Assembly (NCBI GenBank): GCA_965202585.1 | Contig: OZ241826.1 | Coordinates: forward strand, 93,930,001 to 93,994,000 | From: Thalia democratica | Taxonomy: Eukaryota | Reading direction: 5' to 3' | Length of the DNA stretch: 64,000 nt | Part shown: in pieces, positions 14,440 to 28,112 of the stretch | Layout of the letters: each line of letters starts with the position of its first letter | How positions within the stretch are numbered: position 1 is the first letter of the stretch | Translations under genes and position numbers: made by a program | The notes under the pieces: model-generated | What the model saw: the letters and a program-made list of their open reading frames with translations, nothing else | Database searches by the model: none | Told to the model about the DNA's origin: nothing

Positions 14440-15330
14440 TTTTCATTTTATACAAATTAAAGTAATTTCGAGTCTGCCTTGATTAACTCAGTTTTGTCTT
14501 TAGTCACCCTGGCTAGCTTTTTTTCTCGAATTATTTAGTTTTAAGTAATGAATTTCATTAATAATTTTATGATTAAACAATAACAAGTATTAACTTAGGT
14601 CGATAAGCTTTTTTTGCAATTTTTAAAAAATTTCCAAACTTTAGATTCAATTATTGTCTTTATCTTTAAACTCAGATTTTTTCATTCTAAAGGATAACCA
14701 TCTGATAACCCAATGCCTTTATTACTTAAATTAATATTTATAGTTTATATCTCACATAGGTATAAATTTTATTAAGATATTTTATTATTTTCATATGCAT
14801 TATAACAGTATTTCCATTCTCAGTCTTAAAATTTAATAAACATGTTTTTTTTCTCTTTTTCAAGTCTGTTTATTAGTAAAATATATTTCATTAAGATATC
14901 AAATAAATTGTGCATGGTTTATAACATACCCATTTCCAATTGTAAACTATTACTAAATTTTTTTTTTAAGTTGAATAAGTATAATTTTTTGAGTTGGATT
15001 ATTTGTAGATTATACTCTTTTTGATTATCTCTCAACTAAATATATTTAATTTTTGTCTTATTTTTTAAATTTAACATCTAAAATCTAACTCTCATTCTAT
15101 TTTTCACTTATCAAATATTTTCCACAAAAAGCCATTTTATCCTTTTTTATCATCATAATATAACTATGTTAACATCAACAGCAACAATTCTTTATAAGTT
15201 TCCTAATGTTTACTCCCTGGTTTTATTTTCAACTATATTACATTATTAATTTATTATTAGAACTAGGTGCTTTATGATATGTATCTACTACTCCATAACT
15301 TCTAACTCTGTAAATGTTTTATCTTTTTAA
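14440..15330 (-). mobile_element. Heavily decayed non-LTR retrotransposon (LINE) ORF2 remnant
   Basis: Scattered minus-strand motifs appear in LINE order: APE-like ...IVAVDVNIVIL (cf. GDFN), NKALGY (cf. K.PG.DG), KLARVT (cf. KIAKVTP). Many stops. Confidence 0.35.
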
Positions 15331-16570
15331 ATCCATTAGATGTCAATATCCCACTGTATACCATGGTTTTATTGTATTTGTTTATAAACTATAATTTAAT
15401 AATTTTTAAATTAAAGGTTGTTTAGCATCAATATAATTTTTAATAAATTTATTAAGTTTTTTTGTATAAAAACTGAACTCAGACCAATTTTTAATTATTT
15501 TTCATTTTTACCATAATTATTTTACTACAGATTTACAATTAGAAAATTCGCTTTACGGTGTGACTGAGTATTTGTTTATTCTCAAAAATAAAATAAATTA
15601 TTAAGCAGTTTACTTAACAGGTTCGTACTTGCTGCTTATTGGAACACAATTTCTGTATTTGTCTTTGCGTATTTGAATTGAAACCCAGCAGTTTGTTTCT
15701 AGTTTTAAATGAAATAAGAATTTTAACTACTGATATATACAATATAATTAGGGCTTATTTTAATTTAAACTACTACACTGCTAAATATTTTATTTGACTA
15801 ACTTTCTATTTTTTAGATTTGTATTTATTTCTATTGATTTAAAGCTTAATAAATTCATTATTTAACATTGCCTTGTATTGAACTGCCTACCACTCTGAGT
15901 CCCCCGCGCAGGTTTAAGGCAGACTAACATGCTTGCAATCACGGTTTTACATATCATTTGCTAGATTGCTTTTAAGTTCTGTAAATATCTCCATGATAGT
16001 CATTTTCTCTCTGTAGTCCCTAAAATAAGAATTAAGCGATACAATTTGAATATTGTTGATAAAACAAAATTGATGCAACAAAAACTTTCATGGGAAAGTT
16101 AAAGAACTTCATCAATTAAAATATAATTTCGTGAGAATTTTGCATAAATAAGCTCGATCAACCATCAAAGCTCAAAGCGCAGAAATTTCTGCAGTTTTAT
16201 TATAAAAATAAAGTTATTTACGTGTTTCTACAACTAGCAACTTGAGGGTACACATGAATTGTTTTCGAAGTTTAGTGTGCATACATTTTTATCAGGTTAA
16301 AGACCACTGAAACTAAGTATAAATATATTAATTTAGACAAGTTTAACATATAAAGCAAAAACAAAAGCCAGTAAACGATATTTAATAATTGAAAACAAAT
16401 TCGTTGTTACTCACAATTTTGCCTTTATAAAGTTTTACAATGTATCAATAAAAACAATTAATTTAAAATTAAGCTAAATAATTATTTTATTTCGAATTTT
16501 CTTTATAAAAATAAAAATTCGTTTCTATTATAATCATCTATTATTAATTGTTTTTCAGAAATAAAAAGTT

Positions 16571-18565
16571 ATGCATAATAAAAGTTTAAAACGAGGTACT
16601 TCATGGTCAGATGAAGGAAATAAGAAGCTGGTAGTTGCAAAAAAGTCGAAAATCAAGAGTCGTCATCAAGATACACAATTTGAATTTCTTCAAGTATGCC
16701 GTAAGAATGCACATAGAAAGAAGTCAAACGAGATTGCTAAAAAGCATTTTTTGGCATATATCAAAGGAGTTTCAAATCTAGGTAAGAGTTAAAAAAAAAA
16801 AAACTTAAATTATATATTTACTCTTTTGAAAAGTTATTAGAATTTAATAGTTATACCAACTGAAGTAACTAAGCAAACATTTTTATTAAATACTTTTTTA
16901 TATAAATTCGGTGAAATTTTCTAATAACAGAGAAACCACTTAGGTAAAATTACATTTACAATACCTAACTTAAGTAAAACTTATATTCAGTTAGTTGGTT
17001 GATAATTTAATGTAATTATCTAAAGAAGTTTATTTAAGTTTTAATTGTTAAGCGTATATCTATTAGGTCATGCTGGACAAAAAGACTACAAAATGATCTA
17101 TTCAGCCCAGTTGAACAAAGTATCTTTAGACCACAAAATTGAGAAAACAATATCTAAAAACATAAAAGAAAATATTTATAATAAGGATTTCTCATTAACT
17201 TTAGTGCTTCTGAATTTTTTTTCTCCATTGAGTAGGGAACATTTAAGTGATATGGATTGGTGTTGCCAAAAAATTACGAAAACTGATAACTTCCTGCAGT
17301 TGGATTTAGAATCAGTTAGGAAATTGCTTTCAAGCTCCAGACTCTTGATTACATCTGAAGTAGATATTGTTAGGTCAGCAAACTCATGGGTAAATTTTAG
17401 TTATAGAGAAAGAAGCAAGTTTGCCAAAAAACTTTTACTAACTGTCAGGCTCCCGTTGCTAAAAGAAAACATGTTAAGATACATTTTAAAGGAAAAATCT
17501 TTATCTTTTAGCGGAAACAAAAAGTGTGTTTCGCTGCTAAATAAAGTTTTAGAAAATAGTAAATACATTTACAAAGGTAAATCGAGTGAATATTTTAAAC
17601 CTAGGTATTGTGCAAGATTCAATATTTTAGCCTTTGGAGGTAAAAACGAAAACCCCGAAAGGCCCGTCAGAAAAATAATGAAACTTTCTGACGATTTTAA
17701 CACACCTGAGGTCGTTTCTTCATTAGTTGAAGCTCGTTATGATTTAGTCACAGTTTGTTATAAAAATTACGTTTATGTTTTTAACGGTATTGACGGGAGT
17801 TCTGATGATATGAGAAACTTTGGCTTGGGTATGAAAATTATTTCATCAGTAGAAAGATACAGTCCAGCTACCAATACTTGTGAAGTTGTAGCCGATGTAA
17901 AAGACATAAACGACTACGATATTGATTTATATTCTGTGTGCGCCTTTGATGATAGTATTTTCCTCACCGGAGGACGTGATGATTTGGAAGCCATAGCGAA
18001 TTATTGTTACGAGCTCAACCTAAAAGATTTTAGTTGGCAGGAAAAGTCAAGAATGAGTGAAGCGAGGGAATTTCCTTCCTCTTGTGTTTTTGAGGACAGA
18101 ATAATCGTCACTGGTGGGTTGCAGTACAATGAGGACGGGACTGATGTTAATTACTACGATGAACCTGCTTCAGATTTAGTTGCAGCGAAAACATGTGAGT
18201 CTTTTGATCCAGTATCTGATGAGTGGGAATCTTTTCCATCAATGAGTTATTCCAGGTGCTGCCATCAGTCTGTTGTTATTAAAAACAAATTATATGTAGT
18301 TGGCGGTGGCACAGAATTTTCTGAGGTTTACGACTCAACGTGCATGAAGTTTACTGTAATAAAGAAGCGAATAGTGCAATATCACAATAAACTTTTGATT
18401 GATCCTGTTGCAGCGTTTTCAATTGGGTCTGAAATTTATGTTTTCAGTAAAAGGTCATCGAGGCTATTGATATTTAACATTGAAACCAACGAATGGTATG
18501 AAAAACCATGTCAAGCTTTGAAGGGTATCAGTTGTTTTGCGTCAGCAAAAGTTCCTTATATTTGA
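16571..18565 (+). CDS. BACK + Kelch-repeat (beta-propeller) protein; predicted 2 exons (16571-16781, 17067-18565), 569 aa
   Basis: BACK-like segment NFLQLDLESVRKLLSSSRLLITSEVDIVRSANSWV...VRLPLL, then Kelch blades with GG and W hallmarks (ILAFGG, VERYSP, IFLTGG..FSW, IIVTGG..DEW, LYVVGG). Donor CTAG|GTAAGA (16781/2) and acceptor tattag|GT (17066/7) are both phase 1 and join the 16571 ORF in frame. Exon 1 linkage is inferred. Confidence 0.8.
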
Positions 18566-19587
18566 GAATAAGTCAAAAGAAGAAGCAATACTCTATCCAG
18601 AAAAATTTTATTTGTGTATTTCGTTAATCTTCCTCGATTTAATCGATGATTTAACTGGCAATACAAATGCTTATATGCTTCTAATTTTTAACATTGGTTC
18701 CTAGATACTTAACATTACTATAACATTTTTAGGTTAAAATTAGATAAAGATCTATTGTTTTGACTGTTCTATTAAATGTTAACTTTTGAATGCCATTTTT
18801 TTTGATTATCAAGTAGTAAAACAAATCTTTCTTCCGGTATATTTAAGTTTTATGGCTAATTTATTATATTAAAAATAGTTGGAGATTTTCTTTGATTTCA
18901 TACTGTTTTTAAAGTATCACAGTTATGAGTTCAACTTGATGAACAATATTTTTTCAAACATCTTATATAATTTCAAAGCATTATTTCGTCTTCTAAACTT
19001 TTTCATGGAGTTAAGACGTGTTTAATTACCATCATATTGAATAGAAATTGCTTAAAATTCGAAGTTCTGTGTGCTTAAAATCCAATAAATGTTTAGTCGT
19101 AAGTAAAGCTGTAAAACTAGTATCGTTTTATAAAATTGCAATAACAGCAGGTCAATTCTATTAATATAATATTATATTATAACTTCTTAAACAACATTTA
19201 TTAAACTGATTTTATAAAAGTTAAAAAATCAACGTAGAATAAAAGTAGATAGTTAAGAATAAAAACAATTATGTATAATAAATAAAGCTTTTATAGCATC
19301 GACAATACTAAGTAACTTTATCAATCGTTTTAGAATATTCTTATAAATTTCGATTAACTTGAATGGCGTCCAATAAAATTTAATTCATGTTTTGTATTTC
19401 ATTATAGGTTTTTAAATTTAGGTAACAACTACAATAACTTGTGTACAAAGAACAAAACTATTAGAAATTATACTAGTGTATCGTTGAAATATATTATTAA
19501 AGACGGCTTATTTTTTAACTACAATCCTGTAACTGTATTTATCATCGTAGCAATGACCTCATTGGTCTTATTTTGTAAGAAAAGATG

Positions 19588-21352
19588 GGTCGGTATTTTT
19601 ATGGGTAGTTTTTTATGGGCACTATGTTATGGGTAGAATTGCTACAATCAATTCTGCCCATAGTTTGATGTGATGTCATTATGATTATGGGTAGTATTGA
19701 GATGTTGCTGCAATTAAGTTGCTGCAATTAAATGAAAATAAAATACTGACTAGAATTATAAAAATATTATGGATAGTTTTTGTTGTTTTAAATTCATAAA
19801 CAAACAAATAAAAAATGACTAAAATACGCATAAACCAATAGTTTTATTTATTTGTACATTTATTTAAATTATATTTTGTAAACTAACAGAAGTAGTGGCT
19901 AGAACAATTAAAATATTATGAATATTTTTTTATTTAAAATTTAATAAAGAAAAATAAACAAAAACTTGTATACACTTGAATCAATTGTTTGATTTATAAG
20001 TTTGTTTTTAATTAACATTTAGTAAACTTATAGAAGTAGTAGTTTTGCCTTATATGTACTTTTTTATGGGCACTATTTTATGTGTAGAATTGCTTACACC
20101 AATTCGGCCCATAATATAATGAGATTTCATTTAAGTTATGGGTAGTATTGATATGTTGCTGCAATTAAATGAAAAATAAAACAATGTCTAGTTACAAATA
20201 AACTTATTGTTTGATATAAATGTACATATATTTAACTTATATTTCTTTAAAATTAAAAAATAAAAACTTTGTTAAAATTATAAAATAGTGCCCATAAAAT
20301 AGTATACATAAGGCCAAGCCACTACTTCTATAAGCTTACTGAATAAAAATTACATATGTACAATCATAAATCAAACAACTGGTTTATGTGAACTTTTTAA
20401 CTTTGTTTTTAAAATCTTAAATACAAAAATTATCAAAAATATTTATAATATGCCAAGCCATTACTTTTCTTAGCTTACAAAATATAAATTACAAAAAAAA
20501 AAACTTATAAATCAAACAATTGGTTTTAGTGTATTCAAGTTTTTATTTTCTTTATTAAATACTAGATAAAAAAATTATACACAATCTTTTAATAAGTTTA
20601 GCCACTATTTCTTTTAGTTTACAAAATATAATTTAAATAAATGTACAAATAAATTAAACCATTGGTTTATGTGTATTCAAGTTACTTTTCAATTGTTTGT
20701 TTATAAACTTTAAAATAACAACTATCCATAATATTTATATATGGCCTAGACAGTATTTTATTTTTAATTTAATTAATTTAGTTGCAGCAATATCTAAGTA
20801 CTATCCATAATTTAAATAAAATCACATCAAATTATGGGCAGAATTAATTGAAGCAATACTACAAATAAAATAGTACCCATAAAATAGTACACATAAGGCC
20901 AAGCCATTACTTCTATAAGTTTACTAAATAAAAATTAAAAAATAAACTCATAAATCAAACAATTAATTTAAGTGTATAAAATTTTTGTTTATTTTTCTTT
21001 ATTTAATCTTAAATAAAGAATTATTCATAATATTTTGATAAATCTAGCCACTACTTATGTTAGTTTACAAAATATAATTTAAATAAATGTACAAATAAAT
21101 CAAACCATTGGTTTATGTGTATTCAAGTTATTTTTTATTTGTTTGTTTATAAATTTAAAACAACAAAAGCTATCCATAGTATTTGTTAAGGCCTAGACAG
21201 TATTTTATTTTCATTAAATTGCAGCAACTTAATTGCAGCAACATCTAATTACTACCCATAACTTTATTGATGTCACATCAAATTATGGGCAGAATTGATT
21301 GCAGCAATTCTACCAATAAAATAGTGCCAGAAAAATACTACCAATAAAAACC
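19588..21352. mobile_element. Foldback/Mutator-like non-autonomous element with long, internally repetitive inverted arms
   Basis: About 19590-20195 is the reverse complement of about 20740-21350 (e.g. gttgctgcaattaagttgctgcaatt versus aattgcagcaacttaattgcagcaac). A further reverse-oriented unit lies at about 20280-20720. The element is flanked by the direct repeat aagaaaagatg (19577-19587 and 21353-21363). Confidence 0.8.
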
Positions 21353-21864
21353 AAGAAAAGATGTTGTTTCTGGTGATATAATTCAATTTTTTTTTTAACT
21401 TTTATTAAAATTTTAAAAGTTTTTAAGTTTGGCTAGCTTCGATTTATTTGGTTTGTATACGCTTATATAAAGAATTTGAGTTTGTTTAGTAATATGTAAA
21501 CTCACTACAGATAAAGTACAATTTAAAGTTAAATGTAGATTTTAAAGAACATTTTAAGAACAAAACTATTGCGACCTATATTAACAGTTTTATCAAAGTA
21601 TAGGTTACACAACATATAAATTAAACTACTATTTAGAATTAGGATTTAGTGCATAATAATTTTATGATACTATCATATTTTAATTCTATAGCTGTTTTTG
21701 TTTTACAATATACACTAATGATTTCAAATAAACACTATTTTATAAAACTTTTAGCTTAAAATTGAAATATAAATTAAAACTCTTGTTATTTTGAGATTGA
21801 TTTCTAAAAATGATTAATATTTGTTATTTTTTGATATTAGTTTTTGTGTAGAAACTATTTATAC

Positions 21865-22407
21865 AGGTAGCAGTTTAATATGCACGAAATGAAAAAAACT
21901 TTTGCACAAAGGGTAACTTTTGAAAGAATGGACTTTTTTGCACGAAGACACTTTTGCGGGTGTTTATTTTTACTTTATTTTTTGTCAACTTTTTTTTTAA
22001 ATATCACTACTACCACTAACTCTTACCCTTGGTCGGTAATGTTTATTTTTAAATTTTTTGATATTTTGTTAATTTTTTTTTTCTTGATTTTCGTTTATTT
22101 ATATTTTTTATTAGGTTTTTTTTTTCTGTCACTATCACCTCTAAACCTTAACTTCGGTCGGTAACTGTTTTGTTTTCAATTTTTTGATTTTTTATTAGTT
22201 TGCTTTTAGTTTTCTTATTTTCAGTTTTTGTTGAACTTTTTTTTAACTGTTATTTTTGTTTACTTTTACTGTTACTGTTAACCTATTCTTGGTCGGTAAC
22301 GTTTTTTTAAATTATTCTTTTTATATTTAGTTTTCTGTTTTTATTCTATCTTTTTTGATTTTTTTACTCTCGTGCAAAAAAGTCTTCGTGCATATTTGAC
22401 CCGTTCC
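21865..22407. mobile_element. MITE-like element with subterminal inverted repeats and internal 125-135 bp tandem units
   Basis: gacttttttgcacga (21931-21945) is the exact reverse complement of 22370-22384, and aatatgcacgaa (21877) is inverted at 22385-22396. ggtcggtaa occurs at 22031, 22156 and 22291. Confidence 0.6.
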
Positions 22408-25400
22408 AATTTAAACATATTAAACTTTACAAAGAATTTTTTTTTATAAATTTAAAGTTTGTTTTGATTATTTTATTTTCAGTTAAAAACGATATAATCT
22501 TTTCTAAACTACCACATAAAGTGAAAACAAAACAAGTTAAATCAAATGATTAACAAAAGCAGGTTACAAAAAAAAATTCGTGGTCACAGTGAATTTTTAC
22601 TTAATATTTAAGAAATTTATTTTAAAGACATTTTTTTATCTCTTAGTAATTTAATTCAACTTTACACACAACAGCTATACTTTAAAGTTGAATAATTTTC
22701 AAACTCATTAAAGTTTAAATTAATTTATTCTCATAAAACTTCTTATTAAAAGAATTTTGTCAATTAACTAATGTGACATCACTAATGTGTGACAATAGCA
22801 ATTCTTCAATCGTCAAGCTCCAATTAAAATATGTGTAAACAAAACTTCAAAAACTAAAATATGTGCACCCTAAGGTCTAATTTTAGTTAGCGCCACTAGT
22901 GGTTGGAATATGTAATAAATTTTGTTAATTTATTTCTGCCCTTAAAAATTAATAATTTATTAATTTATTTCTAAATAAAAATCTTATATTACCTAAAGTT
23001 GAAATTTATAAGTATTTTTATTAATAAATACAATTTTAATAAACATCATATTTGATTTACCTTATTTCCATAACATTTTAGTACTAGTTTAAAATATATA
23101 TTTATTGAATTTGCATGTCTCTGCAATCGTTAAAAAATCCAAAGAATGTTTTTAATTATTTATTAAGTATGAACTAAATATTTAAGTTGACTCTACAATT
23201 TTTCATTTTGTAAACATTATCTGTATTCCAATAAATAAAAAAAACCACAGCAAAATAAAAATTAATAAATTAAAGGTAGCTAAGTTCAGAACAATATATA
23301 TCTTGTTGCTCTTCGTACAATATTTGCACACTATGAAGTTTAGGTTTATAAAAGATTGTTAATTCTATCTTTTAAACAAAATAAAAGCTGAAAATTATTC
23401 ATTTGAGACATATTCGAATATAGTATTTTTACTTCAAAAATGAAAGCGATTTTTTATTGTTAGGAAGTATATTTCAAGTAAATTACTAGATTTAGTAATT
23501 TTTTATAGAAATTTGTTACAGAGTTGTGACTGTTTTTAAGACAAAAAAAAACCAGCCAAAGATTTACTAAGTTAACCCAAATAAAAAAAAAAATATATTG
23601 TTGGCCACAAAAATAATGTAAATTGTATAAAAATCAAACAAACTTAATTAATACACAATATTGCGATTTAAAAGAAGTTTTACAATTACTAAGTTTTAAA
23701 ATTAAATAACATTTATAATCTTAGCGTCAAACTCTGAAATAATATACGAGAATTTAAAAGGAAAAAGGAAATATTAACCGGCCAAAAAAGGTGGTTTCCA
23801 CAAAGCATGAAGCTTAAGGAAAAAAAATTATTGTTCAAAACATCGAAAAAAATAATTATGGATGGCATACGATAAATAAAAACAAAATTGATCTAGTTGA
23901 TTCAAGTAAGAAAATTTGTTAAAAAGGTATAGTCTAAAAGATGAAAATATAAATATAAAATAATTTTTAACATTAGAATACAGACGCAAAAACCTGAAAA
24001 AAAAATTTTTATTTCTACATAGTTGTCTGTAGTTTAGTTTAAATGCTTACCATTGCCTTAAAAATTAATACTGATATGTTGTCTTAAAGTTTATTGAACT
24101 ATATGAATCTAAACATACCAACAGAAAGGTTTCAAGCATATTCTAATAAATCGGTATCAATACAATTGCTGTAGTAAAATAGAATTTAGAGTTGTGTGGT
24201 TTTCTTTTAAAATTAATCATACTTAACATTAAAAGACATGAAAAAAAAATGTTTTAAAAAGAAAATTTAAAAACTACTACAAATTCTTAATCAATTTAGG
24301 GAAGTTGTTAGCACACAAGATAAATTTAAACGGAATCTACGAATCAAAGTAAAGTTTTCTTTTATATTAATGACAAGAAAGAAAAATTGACTAAGTGGAA
24401 CTTAAAAGACTGCTTTAAAAAATTTTAAAGACAAAAGACATCAATAGGAATAAAAATCTTTTCATCGTGTTCAGTAAAATATCTTAATTATAAATTGCAA
24501 TTTAAGTCTATGATATCATAAGAAAAACAGGTAAAATTATATAGCTTTCTTTTAGTATAATTGGAAAGTTTTTTAAAATATAAAATGTTGTAATACAGTT
24601 TAAATTCAGTTTGGTTTTGAGTTAATAATGTTTGACAGTATTAGTTAAGAAAAGTATATAGCTCTTTAAGAGTTATAGCACTTCTACGTCTTTTCAAAAT
24701 AAACCTATCTAAGTTGTTATTATGTATCGAATTTTTTTGTTCAAATAAGTTTTTTGAAGTGATTAAAAAAAAAAATTATTACTAACATAATTCTAAATAC
24801 GAAAAAAATCTCAATATAGTATGAGCGTAAAAATAAGTTATACCATGCCTTTTTTAGTTTTGTAACGGGATTTGTTTTTAGAAAAGTAAAAAAAATATTA
24901 TCTTTATCCCAGTGTTACCCTTATTTAAGTACTAAAAGCTCGTCATTCTTGAAGACAGCAAAAGTATGTCGGGTTGATAGCGTAAGGAGAAAGTTTTAAC
25001 ATCAAGCTTAAACACAAAAGCAGAAGTTTTGGCTACATGTAAATTACTAAATTAGAAAACAAAAACAAAATGATTATAAACAAATTTTGACTTGTTAAGA
25101 AGTGATTTAGTAAATAAAAAACGAAACTTAATTAGTTCTTTAAATTTACTTGACAATTTCAACTTTAAAATAAAGTAAATGAGAGAAAATTTATTGATTA
25201 TTTTTAATTCATTTACTAAAGATTTGTGCCTTATGTTAATAAATTATTTGAAAAATATGTTCATTTTCACATACATTTTTGTTGACCACAACACAAAAAG
25301 ACAGGTAAAAAATGCACTTTTAAAGGAAACTTTTTATAGCATAGTTTATAAATCAAAAATAATAAGTTAAGCTCAACAGTCTAAGTAAGTTAATTCAAAC

Positions 25401-26874
25401 TTATCGATAAGCGCAATTGAAAACCGTAGGTTTAAGGTGCATATAATAACATTTAAAATTATTCAAATCAATGATTGGTCATTTTATTTTGTTTAAAAGT
25501 TATTCATTACAGTTTAAATATTTTTAAACATTAAGATCTAAAGCTAATTGTTTGTTATTAAACAGCTTTAAAAATTACAAACAAATTTTATGGTGGATTA
25601 TTAAACTGGTTTGTAAATTTTACACTGATGTAAATTTAAAATGGCTTGTTCAATAATAAAATACGATAAGATTATTAATTAATTGAAATTAACTGATATT
25701 TTACTCTCATTTTATAATTTTAAGATTAGAAATAGAAAACTATATAATTGCCAAATAGTTTAGCAGCATTAATATTTTCAAACAAGCTTTTCAAACGAAT
25801 TAATTTCTTTCAAACAGTTAAACAATCTTTTTCTCTTTTTGTGTGTCCTGTTTAAGTGGCTCAGGTTTTGATGCCTGAGTCCAACATTGCAGAATAAACA
25901 ATATAATAATAATAAACCTTTTATGTTATATAGGAAAGTTTTAGTAAGAATAAAATGTACCTATAACATTCATTTTTAAAATGCGCTCAAATTTTTGGTC
26001 CAAGGACCTGGTGTACGAAAAAACTTTTCATTTATCAAGCAGGATACAGTTCAAGTCATGTCCAGGAAATTACTAATAAAATAATCAGTTAAAAAAAATA
26101 AAAAAATGAAAAAAAAAGAATAAAATAAAATAAAACTGAACGAAAACTAGCTGAATCTTGTGTTTAATAATGTACTATGAATCTTGTTTAGTAACATAAG
26201 AACAAAAAAAAATATAACTATAAATTGACTTTTAAAAGGAAATAAATAATGCTATTAGCAAACGCGTGGTTATTTAAATTAAAGTTCACAAACTCTAAAA
26301 AGATAGTAGAATGTAATACGCAGAAAGTTTTTAGAAAAAAAAAATATTAAGTATTTTGTGCTAAAAAGGTAATTTTTATTTTATTTGAAAATTTAAGTTG
26401 AAAAATGAAAATATTTCACATTTGAATAATTAAATAAACCATTGTAAAACTTTTATAAAATTTTTAAAAAGTTTTTTTACAACAATTGAACTTAATTTCT
26501 AAAAATGAACATATGAAAATAAGTACTGTAAAACTTATGCTTTCAATGAGAATAAATAAAAAAAATAAAAATTTTAACAATAATTATATTTCACCAACAA
26601 ATTTCTTTTCCTTAAATCATCAAAAAAATCTTTTTTGAACATTTGTATACGTTTTAACTGTAATAACAGAAAGAAAACAACATTTGCAAACAAAAAATAA
26701 GATTTTTTTTGCTCTTTAAAACTTTTTTAACATAAATTTGCTTGAAACTGTTATCTCAGCTTACTTTTTAAATACTTTACTTTCTGCTAAAATATAAACA
26801 TCTTGTACTATTGTTTTTACATTTGCTTGCAAAATAAAAATTGTAATAAAACTCTGAACTTATTTCAAAAAAGT

Positions 26875-27130
26875 AATCTTAAACTACATTCTTAAATAAC
26901 TAGACAGAAAATGCTAAAATATCGACTAAACCAATGTTAATGTAACCAAACATTTCTACTTTACAACAAAATAATAAAAAAACAAAGTAAAATTTTGAAA
27001 TGAATTAAATAATAAAAATCTTAAACTACAATCTTAAAAATAACTAGATAGAAAATTCTAAAATCTAGACTAAACAAATGTTACTGTGACCAAACAAATA
27101 CACTTTCGAACAAAAAAATTAAAATATAAA
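26875..27130. repeat. Tandem duplication, about 142-bp unit x2
   Basis: aatcttaaactaca...taactaga.agaaaat.ctaaaat...gactaaac.aatgtta at 26875 and 27017. Confidence 0.8.
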
Positions 27131-27249
27131 ATAACTAATAAAAACTTAGCAAACATTTATATACGTATTAAATGACAAATACTATTAACTCCTTAAACAA
27201 AGTAAATAGGCGATAAGGAATGATCACTAACTACCTTGAGAACCACTAT

Positions 27250-28112
27250 TTAAAAGATAACTTTTAAGTTTATTCCGTAGCTTTCCAAAATGACTTATAT
27301 TTTTTAAACATAATGGTAGCTTAGTGCATAACTTACTACCTTGGAAGGATAGTAATTTATGACGTGTTTTGTGTTGATTCTAAGTAGGAAAAAATTTGTT
27401 TCTGAAGACCTGGTATGATAATTATTGAATTTTTTTCACATTTTTATAGTAATTTTTAAAGTTATCCGGTAACAAATTGCTGTTAAACTTAAACGTAAAC
27501 AGACCTAATTCGTAAAGATACAAACTTTCAACATCTAATATTTTCTTCTGAATTTTTAATTCTCTTACACTGTCATCATATTCTTATAATGTATGCATCT
27601 AAGTGCTCTGTTTATGAGAACATTGATATCCTTTATAAATTTTTTATTTGCTCTTCCTCAGCACAACAAGCCATATCTAACATTGCTCATAAGCAAAGAA
27701 TTAAAGATCAAATACAATGCTTTCTCATTTAAGAAGTGTTTGGTTTTATATAATATACCTAATGTTTTTCGTAATTTTTTTTATAGTTTCTATGTGTTCT
27801 CACCACTTTAAATTTCTGTCTATAATTATTCCCAAATGTTTATAGCTATTGGTGTTTGATATAACTGTTTTACCTATTTTTCATAAGAATCTTTATTTTT
27901 TCAAAAACTATATTTGATTGGTATAAAATCATGCTTCTGGTTTTATTAAGATTTAGTTTAAGTTTGTTTCCCAATCTGATACCTATTTTAGTCTTATGTT
28001 AAAACTTTTATTGTCATTTTGATTTTCTTTTGTATATTTTTTGTATAAAATTGTGTCATCTACGAAGTTGAGGACGTTAAGATCAGTGTTGTTCTGTAGG
28101 TCATTTATAAAA
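27250..28112 (-). mobile_element. 5'-truncated LINE (CR1/L2-group-like) RT C-terminal fragment, degenerate
   Basis: Minus strand: FINDLQNNTDLNVLNFVDDTILY...LK.VSDW..NLKLNLNKT..MI; YKHLGIIIDRNLKW*EHI; FNSLLMSNVRYGLLC*G; YHTRSSE; GSKLCTKLP..LK. These are typical RT-to-C-terminus motifs of this group, interrupted by stops and frameshifts. Confidence 0.85.

Noticed and set aside
17045-17066. TTG start of the 506-aa Kelch ORF
   Set aside because: Alternative starts are not expected in a eukaryotic nuclear gene; this stretch fits the 3' end of an intron (acceptor at 17065-17066).
21880-22164. 94-aa Phe/Leu-rich ORF
   Set aside because: Lies in T-rich MITE repeat sequence; the hydrophobicity is compositional.
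19590-22300. CRISPR-like reading of the repeats (also 11.4 kb and 56.7-57.0 kb)
   Set aside because: Units are contiguous or inverted without unique equal-length spacers, there are no cas genes, and the context is eukaryotic.
22887-22903. CTCF-like gcgccactagtgg
   Set aside because: One base shorter than the consensus core spacing, with no supporting context.
23760-23930. Faint resemblance (KRWFP, GWHTI) to exons 1-2 of the MBD-like gene
   Set aside because: Too short and in different frames; consistent with chance.
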